Source of the DNA: Candidatus Thorarchaeota archaeon
GTDB taxonomy: Archaea > Asgardarchaeota > Thorarchaeia > Thorarchaeales > Thorarchaeaceae
NCBI GenBank assembly: GCA_963726195.1
Contig: CAVSBO010000016.1
Coordinates: 225,675 to 289,674, forward strand
Length of the DNA stretch: 64,000 bases
Reading direction: 5' to 3'
Shown: positions 61,998 to 64,000 of the stretch, one piece after another
Layout: each line of letters begins with the position of its first letter
Numbering within the stretch: the first letter of the stretch is position 1
Notes under the pieces: generated by a model
What the model saw: the letters and a program-made list of their open reading frames with translations, nothing else
Databases searched by the model: none
Told to the model about the DNA's origin: nothing
Made by a program: the position numbers and the translations under genes

Positions 61998-62159
61998 CTT
62001 GGTCGTTCCAGCCCGGAGCGGGGCTCCACCCTTTGCTCCGCAAATAAGCCTTTCTCTGAACCGATTGGCCGAATCCCCGCTTCTCGGAAATGGGCGGCTC
62101 TTGTTCTCTAAACCGGTCTCAAGAATATCTGCAGCTGCTGGCAATTACAAGACTGAAAA

Positions 62160-62366
62160 TCAAGGCGTAAGCAGCCCTGTCAGGCCGTTCCAGCTGTTCT
62201 GGAGGAGCTGAAAGAGACTGTTCACAACATTTTGCGCCCAGCCCGTGGCTTCAAGGATCACTGCGATAATTATCGAAACCGTAACCACGGCAAGACCCAG
62301 CAACAAGCTCTCCTCTACGAGTGGTCCTCCCTTGGTATCACTCTTCAGCTTTGCTCGTGTTCTCAT
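62160..62366 (-). CDS. Flp-like type IV pilin
   Basis: Class III signal peptide ..DTKG|GPLVE followed by a hydrophobic helix. Confidence 0.65.
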   Translation of the reverse strand: MRTRAKLKSDTKGGPLVEESLLLGLAVVTVSIIIAVILEATGWAQNVVNSLFQLLQNSWNGLTGLLTP

Positions 62367-62537
62367 CAAGTTCGTACCCAATGTTACATGTCTTCTGATT
62401 CCTATTTTAAGTCCCACCGACATTCGTATGCTTCCGGACGAGGTGTCTGCGATGCTTCAAGTGGCCGAATGCGCATCGTCCTTGTCTGACGTCTCAAACA
62501 AGTTGCTACTCAGTACGCTGAAAAGAAACAAACCTTA

Positions 62538-64000
62538 CTATCTTCTGGCGACGTAAGCAAAGGGATGACCGAATTCCCATATCCTTTCTCCGATGGGTAC
62601 AGTCTCCACGGTGTTCGATTCATACGACATCTTGGCAAATTCATCAATCAATGCTTCGTAGGCAGCCACATGGCTATCTGCACCTTGTTCTTGAGCGCGT
62701 AAAGTGAATGCCCCATCTCTGGCCCATCCTGATTCTTCAGACGATGTCTTGTCAATCGTAAACACTCTGTTCAAGCCAGCAAAACTGACCAAGCCGTCGC
62801 TAACACTCCTCCTAATCTCAACGATTTCCTTCACTTGGCGTCTCGACTCTCCAGGAATTGGTCTCTCAAGTGTGACAATCACGTCCATGAGCGCGATGCT
62901 TGACCTGTCGATTCCATGATTCAATGTCCAACGAGATACAAGGCTTGATGCAGAGTCGCTGTGACATGTTTGAATTGAACGAAGACCCGCAGCAATTGCT
63001 TGAAACAAAGCATGACTATGTTCCGCTGTTTGGATTTCTCCCAGAATCAGGTAGTCGGGTGATCTATGAAGGCTCTTGACAATTTCAGTGCTCTTATCGA
63101 ATTTCGGCTCAGTTTCATCAAGTGGGTCGACTCTGTACCTCACTTGATGACGGTCACCGAGGTCTCTGCTCTCGACGGCATCCTCGACATAGATTTTCCT
63201 CCAGGCTCGCGGCGTGCTCATATCCAAGGAGTTTAGAAGAGTTGTCTTGCCTGATCCTGGTCCTCCAGTTATTGTGATATTGAACCTAGCACAGACCGCC
63301 AACACAAGCAAGGCTGCAGCTTCGATAGTGAGTGTGCCATTGCGGATTAGGTCGCATATTGAATACGGATTAGTCCGTGCACGTCGAATTTCGAGATGCA
63401 TCCCGTCCACACTTAGCGGGGGCAGACAAAGTGAAAACCGGAGATTTGAATCAAACAGCTTCAAGTCAGTTTTCAGTGAGGGGTTGTGTCTGTCCAAGTG
63501 CAGATTGCTTTCACCTCTAATAAGAGTCACAATTCGCTCAGCATCTTCTTCTTCGAGGCTGACCATAGTGCTACATCGACCAAGACGCCGATGGTCGAAA
63601 TACATCGGACTATGAGGCCTATCTAGATACACTTCCTCGACTTCGTCATCCAATAGAACCGGGAATAATGAACATAGAGCACTTGAATGGTGTCCTACTA
63701 TCTCAGCGATTCTGGCTTTCGTAGTGCTACCAATCTCTGGCAATGTATCCGAAATCCTTTGGGCAGTATGAATAGAGACCAGTTTCAGTCTCTCTGTGAG
63801 ATTCGTTCTACAAGCATTTGGGACTTCCATAAACCGATTGTTCTCTTTGCATAGCCTGTCGACGAGGGCAAGCTCAAGGGGTGTTTTGACATGGGGGACA
63901 GCCCTATGAATGATGAATGGGCTTGAAGCGTTCTTGTAGTATAGAGAACAAGTAAGGTCCGACGGGATACACTTCAATGAGAATCCTCCCATTTGTCTTG
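62538..64000 (-). CDS. TadA/CpaF/VirB11-family secretion ATPase, N-terminus outside the window
   Basis: DDEVEEV, GGPGSGKTT, VEDAVE, PDYLILGEI, TCHS. Confidence 0.85.
   Translation of the reverse strand, partial: RQMGGFSLKCIPSDLTCSLYYKNASSPFIIHRAVPHVKTPLELALVDRLCKENNRFMEVPNACRTNLTERLKLVSIHTAQRISDTLPEIGSTTKARIAEIVGHHSSALCSLFPVLLDDEVEEVYLDRPHSPMYFDHRRLGRCSTMVSLEEEDAERIVTLIRGESNLHLDRHNPSLKTDLKLFDSNLRFSLCLPPLSVDGMHLEIRRARTNPYSICDLIRNGTLTIEAAALLVLAVCARFNITITGGPGSGKTTLLNSLDMSTPRAWRKIYVEDAVESRDLGDRHQVRYRVDPLDETEPKFDKSTEIVKSLHRSPDYLILGEIQTAEHSHALFQAIAAGLRSIQTCHSDSASSLVSRWTLNHGIDRSSIALMDVIVTLERPIPGESRRQVKEIVEIRRSVSDGLVSFAGLNRVFTIDKTSSEESGWARDGAFTLRAQEQGADSHVAAYEALIDEFAKMSYESNTVETVPIGERIWEFGHPFAYVARR

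Noticed and set aside
62030-62090. tRNA-Sec (TTCAG present on the - strand)
   Set aside because: No T-arm or acceptor/anticodon stem geometry.

Overview
Archaeal chromosomal segment of roughly 50% GC. Gene content (TFE, aMBF1, PAN, NAC, GatDE, EndA, PINA, IPK, Rps10) fits an Asgard archaeon, possibly Thorarchaeia; the taxonomy is inference. Most of the window is housekeeping or metabolic. It holds 8 tRNA genes, all with encoded CCA; 5 have introns and 2 of those sit at non-canonical positions. It also holds two internally deleted IS607/TnpB elements plus a third TnpB remnant, an orphan DUF1156-type DNA methyltransferase, an unusual ECF transporter operon and a Tad/HerA-VirB4-like region at the right end. 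The strongest unexplained signal is at about 45.3-45.9 kb. There, two inverted ORB boxes flank an AT-rich element (a putative replication origin with no orc1/cdc6 gene in the window). Three copies of the 18-bp palindrome TTGGAACACGTGTTCCAA bracket both this element and a small Cas2/VapD-like gene, and a third ORB lies 4.2 kb away. Other notable points: probable CTG start codons, an in-frame TAG in a small conserved gene, a SufS-like protein lacking the PLP lysine, and a membrane-anchored (GGPPS)n protein. About 12 single-base frameshifts, some in core genes, suggest assembly indel errors.
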